DNA from: Leptolyngbyaceae cyanobacterium | GTDB lineage: Bacteria > Cyanobacteriota > Cyanobacteriia > Phormidesmidales > Phormidesmidaceae | Direction: 5' to 3' | DNA: 64,000 nucleotides | Assembly: GCA_965263355.1 (NCBI GenBank) | Contig: CBDHHL010000056.1 | Coordinates: 96,001 to 160,000 of the forward strand | Part shown: piece after piece, positions 21,326 to 30,587 of the stretch | Numbering within the stretch: the first letter of the stretch is position 1 | Layout: every line of letters starts with the position of its first letter | Position numbers and translations under genes: made by a program | The notes under the pieces: model-generated | The model's database searches: none | Told to the model about the DNA's origin: nothing | Seen by the model: only the letters and a program-made list of their open reading frames with translations

Positions 21326-21946
21326 ATGACATCGCATCATCATCGTCCTGAATCTGAAATCGCTCTGCGGGTTAAAGCTATTGAGTCGCTGTTGGTAGAG
21401 AAAGGAATTGTTGACCCAGCTGCCCTGGATGCCATTATTGATACCTATGAGCATAATGTGGGTCCCCATATCGGTGCTCAAATTGTTGCTAAGGCTTGGG
21501 TTGATCCTGAGTTTAAGCAACGACTTTTAGCTGATGGTACCAGTGCGATTTCAGAACTAGGTTTCACAGGGTTTTCTAGTGAACATATGGTAGTGGTGGA
21601 AAATACCTCGGCTGTACACAACTTGATTGTCTGTACTCTTTGTTCCTGTTATCCCTGGGCAATTTTAGGGCTACCTCCTACCTGGTACAAATCCTTTGCC
21701 TACCGATCCCGTGCGGTGATTGAACCCCGCAAGGTTTTGCAAGAGTTCGGTTTGGACATTCCTGAAGACGTTGAAGTGCGGGTATGGGACAGTAATGCAG
21801 ACTTACGTTATCTCGTTTTACCCGAACGACCTGCAGGAGCTGAGGAGTTGTCAGAAAAAGACCTGGCAGCCCTTGTTACCCGCAATGCCATGATTGGCAC
21901 AGCTAACGTTCAATCGCCCATTGTGTCTACCTCTATTGTTGCTTAG
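21326..21946 (+). CDS. nthA: Nitrile hydratase alpha subunit, cobalt type
   Basis: [10 protein letters not shown] metal motif (Thr/Tyr marks the Co type), LGLPP.WYKS..YR.R.V..PR, VRVWDS..RYLVLP.RP. ATG 21326 preferred. Confidence 0.95.
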   Translation: MTSHHHRPESEIALRVKAIESLLVEKGIVDPAALDAIIDTYEHNVGPHIGAQIVAKAWVDPEFKQRLLADGTSAISELGFTGFSSEHMVVVENTSAVHNLIVCTLCSCYPWAILGLPPTWYKSFAYRSRAVIEPRKVLQEFGLDIPEDVEVRVWDSNADLRYLVLPERPAGAEELSEKDLAALVTRNAMIGTANVQSPIVSTSIVA

Positions 21947-21957
21947 GAGCTATCGCC

Positions 21958-22263
21958 ATGAATGGTCCCCATGATTTGGGTGGTATGCATGGATTGGGTC
22001 CAATTCCCATTGAAGAGAACGAACCTGTGTTTCATAGCGAATGGGAAGCCCAGGTATTTGCCATGAGCTTTGCCACCTTTGTGAACTATTTTCCAGTGGA
22101 TGAAACTCGCCATGCGTCAGAACAAATGCCTCCTGGTGAATATTTAAGCTCCAGTTATTACGAACGTTGGCTCTATGCCCTAGAGCTTTTACTCACCAAG
22201 CATAATCTTGTTACCCCAGACGAAATCGAAGCCAGAATCGCTGAATTTGCCCAGGCAGAGTAA
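21958..22263 (+). CDS. Nitrile hydratase beta subunit, N-terminal part (separate ORF)
   Basis: MNGPHDLGGMHG.GP, EPVF..EWE, RHA.E.M.P.EYL..YYERWL. Confidence 0.9.
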   Translation: MNGPHDLGGMHGLGPIPIEENEPVFHSEWEAQVFAMSFATFVNYFPVDETRHASEQMPPGEYLSSSYYERWLYALELLLTKHNLVTPDEIEARIAEFAQAE

Positions 22264-22294
22264 CCTCTCATATCACTCCGTTTACCCCTACCCC

Positions 22295-22663
22295 ATGGCC
22301 ATCGAAACTCCTAACCAATGTATGACTGCCCAAGATGCCAAAACTCTTCTAGGCGAGGGGTTAAGCTGTCAGGCAGAAAGTGATTTACCTGCTCAGTTTC
22401 ATGTGGGGGACCTGGTCAGGGCAAAAGTTATGCACCCCAAGACCTATACGCGTTTACCCCGCTACATTCGAGGCAAAGTGGGAGAAATTGTCAAAGATCA
22501 TGGTACATATATTTTTCCGGACACCATGGGACAACGGCTATCCACAAAACCTCAACACGTCTACAGTGTGCGGTTTTCTGCCCAGGAGCTTTGGGGACAG
22601 GACGTCTCACCCAATGACTCCCTCTATATTGATTTATTTGATGACCATTTAGAATCTCCTTAG
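22295..22663 (+). CDS. Nitrile hydratase beta subunit, C-terminal SH3-like part (separate ORF)
   Basis: F.VGD.VR, TRLPRYIRGK.G, FPD, PQHVYSVRF...ELWG, IDLFDDHLE. ATG at 22295. Confidence 0.88.
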   Translation: MAIETPNQCMTAQDAKTLLGEGLSCQAESDLPAQFHVGDLVRAKVMHPKTYTRLPRYIRGKVGEIVKDHGTYIFPDTMGQRLSTKPQHVYSVRFSAQELWGQDVSPNDSLYIDLFDDHLESP

Positions 22664-22676
22664 AGCTTACGGATTT

Positions 22677-23042
22677 ATGTCTCTACCACAAAACAGAAAT
22701 TCTCCTCTGTCTGCCTCTGCTCAAAAAGATAATGAACCCGTCTTTCAGGCACCTTGGGAAGCCAGGGCATTTGCCATTGTCAATCAACTCGCTAATGCTC
22801 TGGAATACAGTTGGTCTGAGTGGACTGATCAATTTGTAGAGGAAATCTCAGTTGCTGAGAATGATCCCACCGATACAAGCTCGTATTACGAACGTTGGGT
22901 GCGAACTTGCGAAAAGCTGTTAATTGCTAAAGGCATTCTGAATCCATTGGCTATTGATCAGCGCATCAAAGAATTGCGAGTTGAACGTGAAACCAATGTA
23001 GAACATGAGCATCAGGAGCCAGAAGCTAGTAAGACCCTATAG
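22677..23042 (+). CDS. Nitrile hydratase accessory/activator protein (P14K/NhlE-like)
   Basis: EPVF.APWEARAFA, W.EW, YYERW...EKLL..KG, C-terminal HEH. Confidence 0.85.
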   Translation: MSLPQNRNSPLSASAQKDNEPVFQAPWEARAFAIVNQLANALEYSWSEWTDQFVEEISVAENDPTDTSSYYERWVRTCEKLLIAKGILNPLAIDQRIKELRVERETNVEHEHQEPEASKTL

Positions 23043-23099
23043 TCTGACTTCTAATTAAGAAAAATCCTACTTTGAGTTGACACCCACCCAGAGGTTATT

Positions 23100-23954
23100 T
23101 TGGAACTTCTAGTTTTGCGTTCATGGTGTACCGGCCCAGCCAATTTAGAAGCGCTTGTTCAGCAGACCTTGGATGACGGCTTTGACGGGATTGAGGCACC
23201 AATTCCCGAAGACATTCAACAAAGGCAGCTCCTTCGTCGTCTCTTGCAGGAGCACGGGCTGGTTTTTATTGCGGAAGCAACCACGGGGATCGACCCAGAT
23301 AATACCAAGGATTGGTGGATTCCTCACCCTGACCGTAGCATTTGCGATCATCTGGCTGATTTGCAGTGGGCGGTGGACCATGCTAATGAAATCGGGGCCA
23401 TGTTTGTCTCTACGATGTGTGGCTATGATGCCTGGTCCTGGCAGCAAAATGTGGACTTTTTTGGCCGTGCTTTAGAACTAGAGCAAACATCCGGTACTAC
23501 CATTAGTTTTGAAACCCATCGTAGCCGCTCACTTTACAATCCCTGGATTACCCGAGACCTGCTGAACCAGTTTCCTGCGATGAAGCTCACCTGTGACTTT
23601 AGCCATTGGTGTGTTGTCTGTGAACGCTTGCTTGACACGGAGTGGTCAATCTTAGAACTTTGTGCTGAAAGAGCCCAACATATTCAATGTCGTGTGGGTT
23701 ATTCTCAACATGCCCAGGTTGCAGATCCCCGTGCGCCTGAATCCCAGGAGGCATTAGAGGCCCATGAGCGTTGGTGGCGTTTGATTTGGGAGAAACAACA
23801 GCAACGGGGTATGGCTAAGACAACGATGATGCCGGAATTTCTCTACGATGGCTATATGCAAACTTTGCCCTATACGGGAATGCCGGTGGCCGATGTGTGG
23901 GAGATTACCTGTTGGATGGCTGAGCGGCAACGGCAACACTTCTCTAAGCAGTAG
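23100..23954 (+). CDS. Sugar phosphate isomerase/epimerase-like TIM-barrel protein
   Basis: GFDGIE, FETHR.R, LTCDFSHW..V.ER, RVG....QV.DPR, PEF. Confidence 0.75.
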   Translation: MELLVLRSWCTGPANLEALVQQTLDDGFDGIEAPIPEDIQQRQLLRRLLQEHGLVFIAEATTGIDPDNTKDWWIPHPDRSICDHLADLQWAVDHANEIGAMFVSTMCGYDAWSWQQNVDFFGRALELEQTSGTTISFETHRSRSLYNPWITRDLLNQFPAMKLTCDFSHWCVVCERLLDTEWSILELCAERAQHIQCRVGYSQHAQVADPRAPESQEALEAHERWWRLIWEKQQQRGMAKTTMMPEFLYDGYMQTLPYTGMPVADVWEITCWMAERQRQHFSKQ

Positions 23955-23985
23955 CAACGTTACGTTTATGGTAAATAAAAAGGCT

Positions 23986-24035
23986 TAGTGCAGCGTCAAC
24001 GTTAAAAATTAGGATTCTGTATGGATGCAGCGTAA
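23986..24035 (+). mobile_element. Solo end of an IS630-family element
   Basis: TA-gtgcagcgtcaa..taaaaattagg matches the reverse complement of the IS630 end at 28032 (TA-gtgcagcgtcaagactaaaaattagg). Confidence 0.7.
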
Positions 24036-24552
24036 GGGGTAATAGGAGAATTACATTACGAGGGTGCGATCGCTATTTTGTCAGACGGATATGACAGTGC
24101 CACCCTTGCTAAAACTTTGGAAGTTAGGACACAATGATTGCTATTCGGGGAGCATTGATGGTGTAAATGCTGTTTCTCTCTTTCAGCGGACAATGCAGCA
24201 GCTACCTCAGGTATTATTGCATTGCCAGTGAGGGGGCAAACCTATGTGTTGCAAAAAACACCTGTATTAATTTTGACAAAAATAACCGTATCGTTGATCG
24301 GAATCAAGCGCAAAATTCAGCCCCTAAAAAATATCTAACCTGACCGGAATTTCCCAACGGTAAGCGGATATTAATAAAGGTGTACTCTCTAAATTTGTCC
24401 ACTAAGAGCCTTAGTCCAGGATCGTAGCCTGCAAATGTAAAGTTGGCTACGGATCTACCCCTGCTCCATGTCCAGGACCACAGGTTTCTTTAGACGAAGC
24501 AACCGCTTTAAACTGGGACATGGTTATGTTCTGCAAATTGTGTCCAGATTAA

Positions 24553-26040
24553 ATGCTTGACTCAACATACCATCAACTCACCAATAACGAGATAGCTCAG
24601 CTTGGAGAACGCTATGAGCTACTAGAGGCCATTGGACATGGCGGTATGAGCATTGTATTTCGTGGGCGCGATCAGGTACTCAACCGAGCAGTTGCCCTCA
24701 AGCTATGCAAACCCAATATCGATGTTTCGCGTCTGCATCGAGAAGCCATCGCCATGGCGGGCATTCAGTCTCGCCACGTAGTCACCGTCCATGACTTTTT
24801 AAAGCTAAGTCAGGACCGGGGCGTACTGGTGATGGATTGGATTGAAGGTAAAGATCTGGCCACGATTATGGGCGATCAATCCTGCTCCCTAAAGGATGAT
24901 GTCGTGCGGCAGTGGATGCGGGATGTCTGTATTGGCATGATCGATGCTGAGTCTAAAGGCGTTATTCACCGAGATCTTAAGCCATCTAACATCATTATCG
25001 ATGCCCATCAGCGTGCTTTGGTGATGGATTTTGGCATTGCCACTGGCAAAACGATGAATCAGCTGACGTTGGATGGTCAAGTGATTGGCACTCCACTATA
25101 CATGGCTCCAGAACAGGCTGAAGACCCAAGCAAGGTCGATACCAGAGCTGATGTGTATAGCTTTGGTGCAACGTTCTACCATGCCATTGTGCGACAGCCG
25201 CCGTTTGACGCTGAAACGCCCTGGTCCGTTGTGTGGAAGCATAAGACAGAACCCTTAATTCCACCCAAATCCCTCAATCCATCCATTAGTAGTGTATTGA
25301 ATGATTGTATTGAACGGTGTTTAGCCAAAGATCCAGCCGATCGGTTTTCTAGTTTTTCCCAAATAAATGAAGTCCTGAGTTCGTCTACTGTGCGTCCTTG
25401 GGAACACACTATTGACGAAACCCTCGCTAACTATTTGGGCGTTTTCAGGGTTCATCGCAAACAATTTTTAAGCCCTGATCTAGCCGAAATCGATCGACCG
25501 ACAATTTTTGATTTTCCCAATAGGCGTCGCCTCAAGATTCTCTTTGGTGATTTAACTGAACAAGGGGTAGACGCCCTTGTGAGTTCAGATGATGCCATGT
25601 TAACTATGAGCAGCGGTGTGTCCGCTGCCCTAGCCCAAAAAGCCGGTGGAGCATTCCGCGAAGAGGCCCAACGATTTACCCCCGCGCGGGCCGGCAGAGT
25701 TGTTGTTACCCCTGCCGGAGATTTGCCATCAAGGTTTGTATTTCATGGTATTTCCATTGGCATAGATGGAGAATCTCAACAGTTTCCCACCCGCGATGTC
25801 ATTGCCGAAATTGTTGACAGCTGTTTCTACCAGGCAGAAACCCTATCTATTCAGTCAATTGCGTTTCCCCTGCTGGGTACAGGAAACGCTGGGTTTCCCC
25901 GTGGGGTTGCCTTAGACACCATGTTTCGCATCATTGCCCACAGACTGCTCAGACGCATTACCCCCATCAAAGAAGTAAGAATTGTCCTTTGGCCAGAGGA
26001 CACCTCACCAGATGACGACAATACTCTGATTTTGAACTAA
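24553..26040 (+). CDS. Ser/Thr protein kinase fused to a C-terminal macrodomain
   Basis: GHGGMS, VALK, HRDLKPSN, DFG, YMAPE; then GDLT...DALV, GVS.AL..AG, VVVTPAGDL, SIAFPLLGTG..GFP. Confidence 0.88.
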   Translation: MLDSTYHQLTNNEIAQLGERYELLEAIGHGGMSIVFRGRDQVLNRAVALKLCKPNIDVSRLHREAIAMAGIQSRHVVTVHDFLKLSQDRGVLVMDWIEGKDLATIMGDQSCSLKDDVVRQWMRDVCIGMIDAESKGVIHRDLKPSNIIIDAHQRALVMDFGIATGKTMNQLTLDGQVIGTPLYMAPEQAEDPSKVDTRADVYSFGATFYHAIVRQPPFDAETPWSVVWKHKTEPLIPPKSLNPSISSVLNDCIERCLAKDPADRFSSFSQINEVLSSSTVRPWEHTIDETLANYLGVFRVHRKQFLSPDLAEIDRPTIFDFPNRRRLKILFGDLTEQGVDALVSSDDAMLTMSSGVSAALAQKAGGAFREEAQRFTPARAGRVVVTPAGDLPSRFVFHGISIGIDGESQQFPTRDVIAEIVDSCFYQAETLSIQSIAFPLLGTGNAGFPRGVALDTMFRIIAHRLLRRITPIKEVRIVLWPEDTSPDDDNTLILN

Positions 26041-26164
26041 AAGCATCATTACATTAAACTAAAGCGCAGTATTCAGTCGATTAGCATAACCAATCATCCC
26101 CAAATAGCCCTTTGCCCTAACGACTGGTCTGCCACAGTACCTTCAAAGCTAACTGCACCTATTT

Positions 26165-26776
26165 CTACCAAATTTTTGTCATCTTGAGTTCAAACATTGG
26201 CATTTCAGGTTCGCAGCTAACAGATTCAGGGTTATCTAAAATTTCTGTTGCTTGTTCAGGTCGATAAATGTAAACTTTGCGACTCTTCCTATCGATCAAC
26301 AATCCTAGCCGCACACCATTAGCAATATATTCTTCCATCTTTTCCTGCAAGCTAACCAACGTATCGCTACTGGACCGTAATTCCACAACAAAATCAGGAG
26401 CAATCGGTGCAAAGGATGCCTGCTGTTCAGGTGTCAACGCATGCCAGTGGTCAGCCAAAATCCAGGCTGCATCTGGAGAGCGCGTGGCCCCATTGGGTAA
26501 GGTAAACCCTGAGCTAGAATCAAAGGCTTCTCCAGTTCCATCAGCTTCAGACCAAATATATAGCTGCCCAAAGATTCTGCCATTGCGGTTGCCAGTATCC
26601 GAAAAGGCTGGAGGCATAACGATTATCTCTCCGTTTGCATTCCGCTCGATTCGTAAATCAGGGTTTGTCTGACAAAATTCATAGAACTGCTGGTTACTCA
26701 TCTTCTCTAGGGTGGTTAGCGAAGATAAGTTAATTGGCACCGCTGCCTGTACAGATTTAACTAGCAGGTTCGTCAT
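26165..26776 (-). CDS. Uma2 family endonuclease-like protein
   Basis: IERNANGEIIVMPP, FDSSSGFTLPNGA.RSPDAAW, PDFVVELRS, LQEKMEEY..NG. Confidence 0.9.
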   Translation of the reverse strand: MTNLLVKSVQAAVPINLSSLTTLEKMSNQQFYEFCQTNPDLRIERNANGEIIVMPPAFSDTGNRNGRIFGQLYIWSEADGTGEAFDSSSGFTLPNGATRSPDAAWILADHWHALTPEQQASFAPIAPDFVVELRSSSDTLVSLQEKMEEYIANGVRLGLLIDRKSRKVYIYRPEQATEILDNPESVSCEPEMPMFELKMTKIW

Positions 26777-26823
26777 ACCCAACTCTATCCAAGAAGGTTT
26801 GCATAATTATAGCTAGTGCAGTG

Positions 26824-27519
26824 TCAAAGCTTAATTTTAGGGTAAACGGAGGCTAGCTTACAGCGAGCATCATCGACCTGCATCTGCCAGTCAACTCCCC
26901 GTTGCCTGTTGTTGATATCGTTCGACCAAGCTGTCGTTTCAGCCCGTAGCGTATCGATGTCTTCAAAGCGTCTACCATCAATGCACTGTCGAGTCATTGC
27001 ACTCACATCATTTTCTGCGATGTTGAGCCAACTGCCATGCTTCGGGGTATAACAAAATTCGATTCGCTGCACCAATTTTCGCGCTCGTTCAGGCTCGAAT
27101 GCTTCGTAAAAAGCCCCTTTGGTGTGTGTATTGAGATTGTCACACACCAATCGTACTTTCTCGCAATCGGCATAGCGGTTTTCCAGTATGTCAGCCACTT
27201 CAAGCGCCCAATCCACTTTGGTGCGACTCGGACGTACGCTCACTTGCCGCCAACCGGCTAACGGCTCAGTAAACATGAAAATACTCGCGGTCCCGGCCCG
27301 TTCATACTCATAGTCCACCCGTTTGCCATGGTTAGCCGTGGCCGGAAGCGGGGGACGACTCTCTCGTTGAAATTGAACGGGTTGTTCATCCATGCAAATC
27401 GTCGGACGGGTTGGGTCGTAAGGCTGGGCATAGACATCAAGCACCGCTTCCATGTGAGCCACAAATTCAGCATCGGTCTCAGGGGGAATCACCCAGTACT
27501 CTATCTTGCGATTGGTCAT
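26824..27519 (-). CDS. IS630 transposase, DDE catalytic part (ORF B)
   Basis: CMDEQP, DYEYER.G, LVCDNLNTH, YTPKHGSWLNIAE. Confidence 0.9.
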   Translation of the reverse strand: MTNRKIEYWVIPPETDAEFVAHMEAVLDVYAQPYDPTRPTICMDEQPVQFQRESRPPLPATANHGKRVDYEYERAGTASIFMFTEPLAGWRQVSVRPSRTKVDWALEVADILENRYADCEKVRLVCDNLNTHTKGAFYEAFEPERARKLVQRIEFCYTPKHGSWLNIAENDVSAMTRQCIDGRRFEDIDTLRAETTAWSNDINNRQRGVDWQMQVDDARCKLASVYPKIKL

Positions 27520-27959
27520 GCCATTTTTTTCAGAGTCTGTCGCACCGTCTCATGGCTGACCGTGTCAACCAGACCCAATTCAACCACCTTACGAGCTAGC
27601 AAACGCAATGACCAATTGGCATACCCGGCGGGAGGGGCTCCTAATCGCAGGGCAATCACCTGGGCTTCCTGCTCGCCATCAAGGAGCTTATCCGTGGGGG
27701 GACGGCGTCGCTTCGCACCATTAAGAGTTACCGCAAACCCTTGCTCAACCAAGCGGCGGCGAATATTCTCCACGGTCTTTGTTCGACAGTCAAACGCATC
27801 GGCGATCTCCTGGTCAGTCCAGTTCGATCCATCGGCATCCGCTTTCAGTAAAATCTGAGCGCGACGCACTTTCTGGCTGCTGCCCTTCAGCTTTTTGATC
27901 ACCGCTTGTAACTGATGGCGCTCATCGGGAGTTAGACGGACAATATACTTTTTCTGCAT
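27516..27959 (-). CDS. IS630 transposase, HTH part (ORF A), likely joined to ORF B by a frameshift at an A7 run
   Basis: KKYIVRLT, RRAQILLKAD, PP.GYANWSLRLLA, SHETVRQTLKK; minus-strand CTGAAAAAAATGG at the ORF junction. Confidence 0.88.
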   Translation of the reverse strand: MQKKYIVRLTPDERHQLQAVIKKLKGSSQKVRRAQILLKADADGSNWTDQEIADAFDCRTKTVENIRRRLVEQGFAVTLNGAKRRRPPTDKLLDGEQEAQVIALRLGAPPAGYANWSLRLLARKVVELGLVDTVSHETVRQTLKKMA

Positions 27960-28034
27960 AGGATTCCGGTACGCTGCATAGAGCTTACAGCAACACTCTC
28001 AATAACCCTAATTTTTAGTCTTGACGCTGCACTA

Positions 28035-28444
28035 GTATGGATGGCTTTGCAGTGCTGGAGCGGGTGCTCTCTGCCGATGCCGATGTGTTGTTCTGTGGTC
28101 ATACCCATGTTCCCTATGTGCGAGAGTTAGAGGATGCTAAACTGTCGGTCACGGTGAAACAACCTGCTCGTTCTGAAAACCCCCAACAGTTTCAGGTAGC
28201 GTTGAAACGCATTATCAATGCGGGCTCTGTGGGCGAACCTCGCCACGGTCGGCCCAATGCTACTTATGTTCTCTACGACACCGAGACAACCCAGGTGACT
28301 CTACGGGAAGTTGCCTATAACTACACTAAGACCTGTCTGGCCATCCTGGAAAAGGGATTACCTTCTATTTTTGCATGGCGGTTAGCACGGGGCATGGAGT
28401 TTGCAGAACGGGCGGACGATCCCACCCATGTTTGCGAGCGATAG
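28035..28444 (+). pseudogene. 3' fragment of a metallophosphoesterase, truncated by IS630
   Basis: DVLFCGHTH.PY, INAGSVGEPRHG.P.ATY. The N-terminal DxH/GD/GN motifs are missing and the fragment abuts the IS end. Confidence 0.8.
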
Positions 28445-28469
28445 ATATTGAAAATGGAGAGATAACCCG

Positions 28470-29197
28470 ATGAAGTGGGCGATCTTAAGCGGCATTGAAG
28501 GCAATCTGACGGCCTACGAGGCAGGATATACGGCGGCAGGCGGTGAGCGATCTGCTATTATATCTGGGGGATGTGGTCGGCCTCCAGGGAGATAATGAGG
28601 CGGTGATTCAACGGCTGCAGTCTCCTCAGCCTGACGAGTTAGCACCTCAGGTATGTGTGGGTTGGTGGGAGGAGCAGTGTTTTAGTTTGCACGGGGTGAG
28701 CGGTCTGCAGGATGCGCCGGAGCTAATGGAGAAAGTTGGCGGTGATGGGGTAAAAGCCCTTTGGGAATCGGTGTCACGGGAGTCGGTGCGGTGGTTGCGA
28801 TCGCAGCACTTTGGCTTCCATGAACTCGACTGTTTACTGATCCATGGCAGCACCGTCAGCTATGCCGATGAACTTACGTCTGACACCCCGGCGATTGAGT
28901 TGTGCGATCGCTTAGTTCGCGCCGATGCTAATTATCTCTTTTGTGGTCGCTCTGGTCTCACCTTTGAATGCTGGGTCACCCCAGTGGAGCTACGTTCGAC
29001 TGCGACCACTCTGCCACCTCCTTATTTGAGCCCCTCAGGATTATGGCAAAACATCTCGCCAAGTGATTGGTGTTGGCTCGGTGGGTCGTACTCCTGGAAA
29101 GTCTACCTACGCGCTATTCAGTCCTGGTAATGGTCAACTCTCTTTTAGAACTGTGAGCTATGGCCAGGTAAAAGGGTTTGGAGCAACGAAACAATAA
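28470..29197 (+). pseudogene. Frameshifted metallophosphoesterase-like gene
   Basis: MKWAILSGIEGNL.AYEA from 28470, a shift into the frame with YLGDVVG..IHGS..LFCGRSG, then a second shift near 29010 into VIGVGSVGR..., stop at 29197. Confidence 0.75.
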
Positions 29198-29199
29198 CA

Positions 29200-29817
29200 C
29201 TACACCTGTTGCAGCTCTTTCAAGGATTTTGACAGCACGTTTCCAGCCGATTTTGCAAAGACAACGGTCAACAATAACCCAACTGCCAGATCAGGCAAAA
29301 TTGAATGGGTGAGCAATACTAAGATTGCCGCCACCAGGACCGACGTGTTGGCAATAATGTCATTCCGAGAACACAGCCACACCGATGACATATTTAGATT
29401 ATCATTACGATGCCGCGTCAACAGCAACAAACACACCAGGTTAGCCAGCAGCGCCAATACACCCACCGCGCCCATGATAGCCCCTTCGGGACTGGCCCCT
29501 GCAAATAGCTGATAGGTAGCCCTAGCAAATACAGCAATAGCAAACAAAAACATAATCAGGCCCTTAAGCAATGCCGCCCCCGCCTGAGCTTTAGCGCTTT
29601 TATGAATCACATACAAACTACTGGCATACACCAGGGCATCCCCTAGCATATCCAGCGAGTCCCCAGTTAATGACAGCGAAGCCGCTCGAATACCTGCTCC
29701 AAATTCGACCACAAACATCACAGCATTGATTAATAGCACCGACCAAAGAACCTTTGCCTGTCGTTCTTTGAGCTTAGACACTTCACAAGCCTTGGCCTGA
29801 CAGCAATGATCAGCCAT
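29200..29817 (-). CDS. Cation diffusion facilitator (short CDF, Zn/Cd/Co efflux)
   Basis: MADHCC, SLSLTGDSLDMLGD, N.NMSSVWLCSRND..AN, PDL. Confidence 0.85.
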   Translation of the reverse strand: MADHCCQAKACEVSKLKERQAKVLWSVLLINAVMFVVEFGAGIRAASLSLTGDSLDMLGDALVYASSLYVIHKSAKAQAGAALLKGLIMFLFAIAVFARATYQLFAGASPEGAIMGAVGVLALLANLVCLLLLTRHRNDNLNMSSVWLCSRNDIIANTSVLVAAILVLLTHSILPDLAVGLLLTVVFAKSAGNVLSKSLKELQQV

Positions 29818-29829
29818 ATCGCCCCCTAT

Positions 29830-29982
29830 ATTCAAACAGTCAAACGAGTATTAGAACGTTTACTCAAACAGCTACTTCAATATTCAAGCCAGTATTAGAA
29901 TACTTACTCAGTCACTCAAACATTCAAGCTAATATTAGAACGTTATCACACACAAGAGTTTCATTCAAACCTTTATTAGAAT
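29830..29982. promoter_or_regulatory. Array of four ArsR/SmtB(CadC)-type operator-like imperfect palindromes
   Basis: TCAA(A/G)C-N3-TATTAGAA with TATTAGAA at 29849, 29893, 29933 and 29974. Confidence 0.65.
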
Positions 29983-30088
29983 GACCTGGATGACCGTGCT
30001 GAAGCTAGCAGGTTGTTGCGCTAAAGGTAGTTAGAAACCTCAATCAGATTCTGGTCGGGGTCTCGGAAGTATAAGAACGGAGGTATAA

Positions 30089-30466
30089 CTATTCGACCAG
30101 TTGCCTTAGTGCATAGCAAAGGATGTCAGCAACCCGTGGATCTTTTAGGGAGTAGTAGGCCAATTTACCGTCGTTGCGATACTTTAAGATACTGAGGTCA
30201 CGGAGCTTTCGCAGGTGATGGGAGGCGGTTGCAACCTTGATTTTCAAAAGGGAAGCCACATCACAGACGCATAGCTCCTCACCATTGCTTAGGGCATACA
30301 ATATCTTTAGCCGAGACCGATCGGCCAGGGCTCCAAACATGATCTGGGCAGATTCCAGCAGGTCATCGCCGGGAAGCACCTGGCCGATTTGGTGAACTAG
30401 CTCTTCGTTGAAGCAACGGACTTGGCAGACATCACTAGATTTGGTCACAGATTTTGCAAGGTTCAT
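30089..30466 (-). CDS. ArsR/SmtB family metal-sensing repressor (CadC/ZiaR-like)
   Basis: ALAD.SRLKIL, ELCVCDVA, SHHLRKLR, GK.AYYSL; N-terminal Cys residues. Confidence 0.92.
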   Translation of the reverse strand: MNLAKSVTKSSDVCQVRCFNEELVHQIGQVLPGDDLLESAQIMFGALADRSRLKILYALSNGEELCVCDVASLLKIKVATASHHLRKLRDLSILKYRNDGKLAYYSLKDPRVADILCYALRQLVE

Positions 30467-30568
30467 CAGATGCTATATGTCCATGCTATGACTCTATTAT
30501 GGGCGGCCCTCCAATCTCCATCGTCTCTCAAACGTTAATAAAGGGTAACGACTCAATGTTTTGGCAGC

Positions 30569-30587
30569 AAGAATGATTATCATTCTT
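30569..30587. promoter_or_regulatory. Zur-like (Fur-family) box
   Basis: Perfect 9-1-9 palindrome aagaatgat-t-atcattctt upstream of a COG0523 gene. Confidence 0.75.

Larger units (their letters stand above)
26816..28032 (-). mobile_element. IS630-family insertion sequence
   Basis: Terminal inverted repeats gtgcagtgtcaa / ttgacgctgcac flanked by TA (CTAG context) at 26814-15 and 28033-34; two overlapping transposase ORFs. Confidence 0.92.

Noticed and set aside
29830..29982. Regularly spaced repeats resembling a mini CRISPR array
   Set aside because: Repeats are short (~19 nt) and degenerate, the period is only ~41 bp, there are no cas genes, and the context fits ArsR/SmtB operators.
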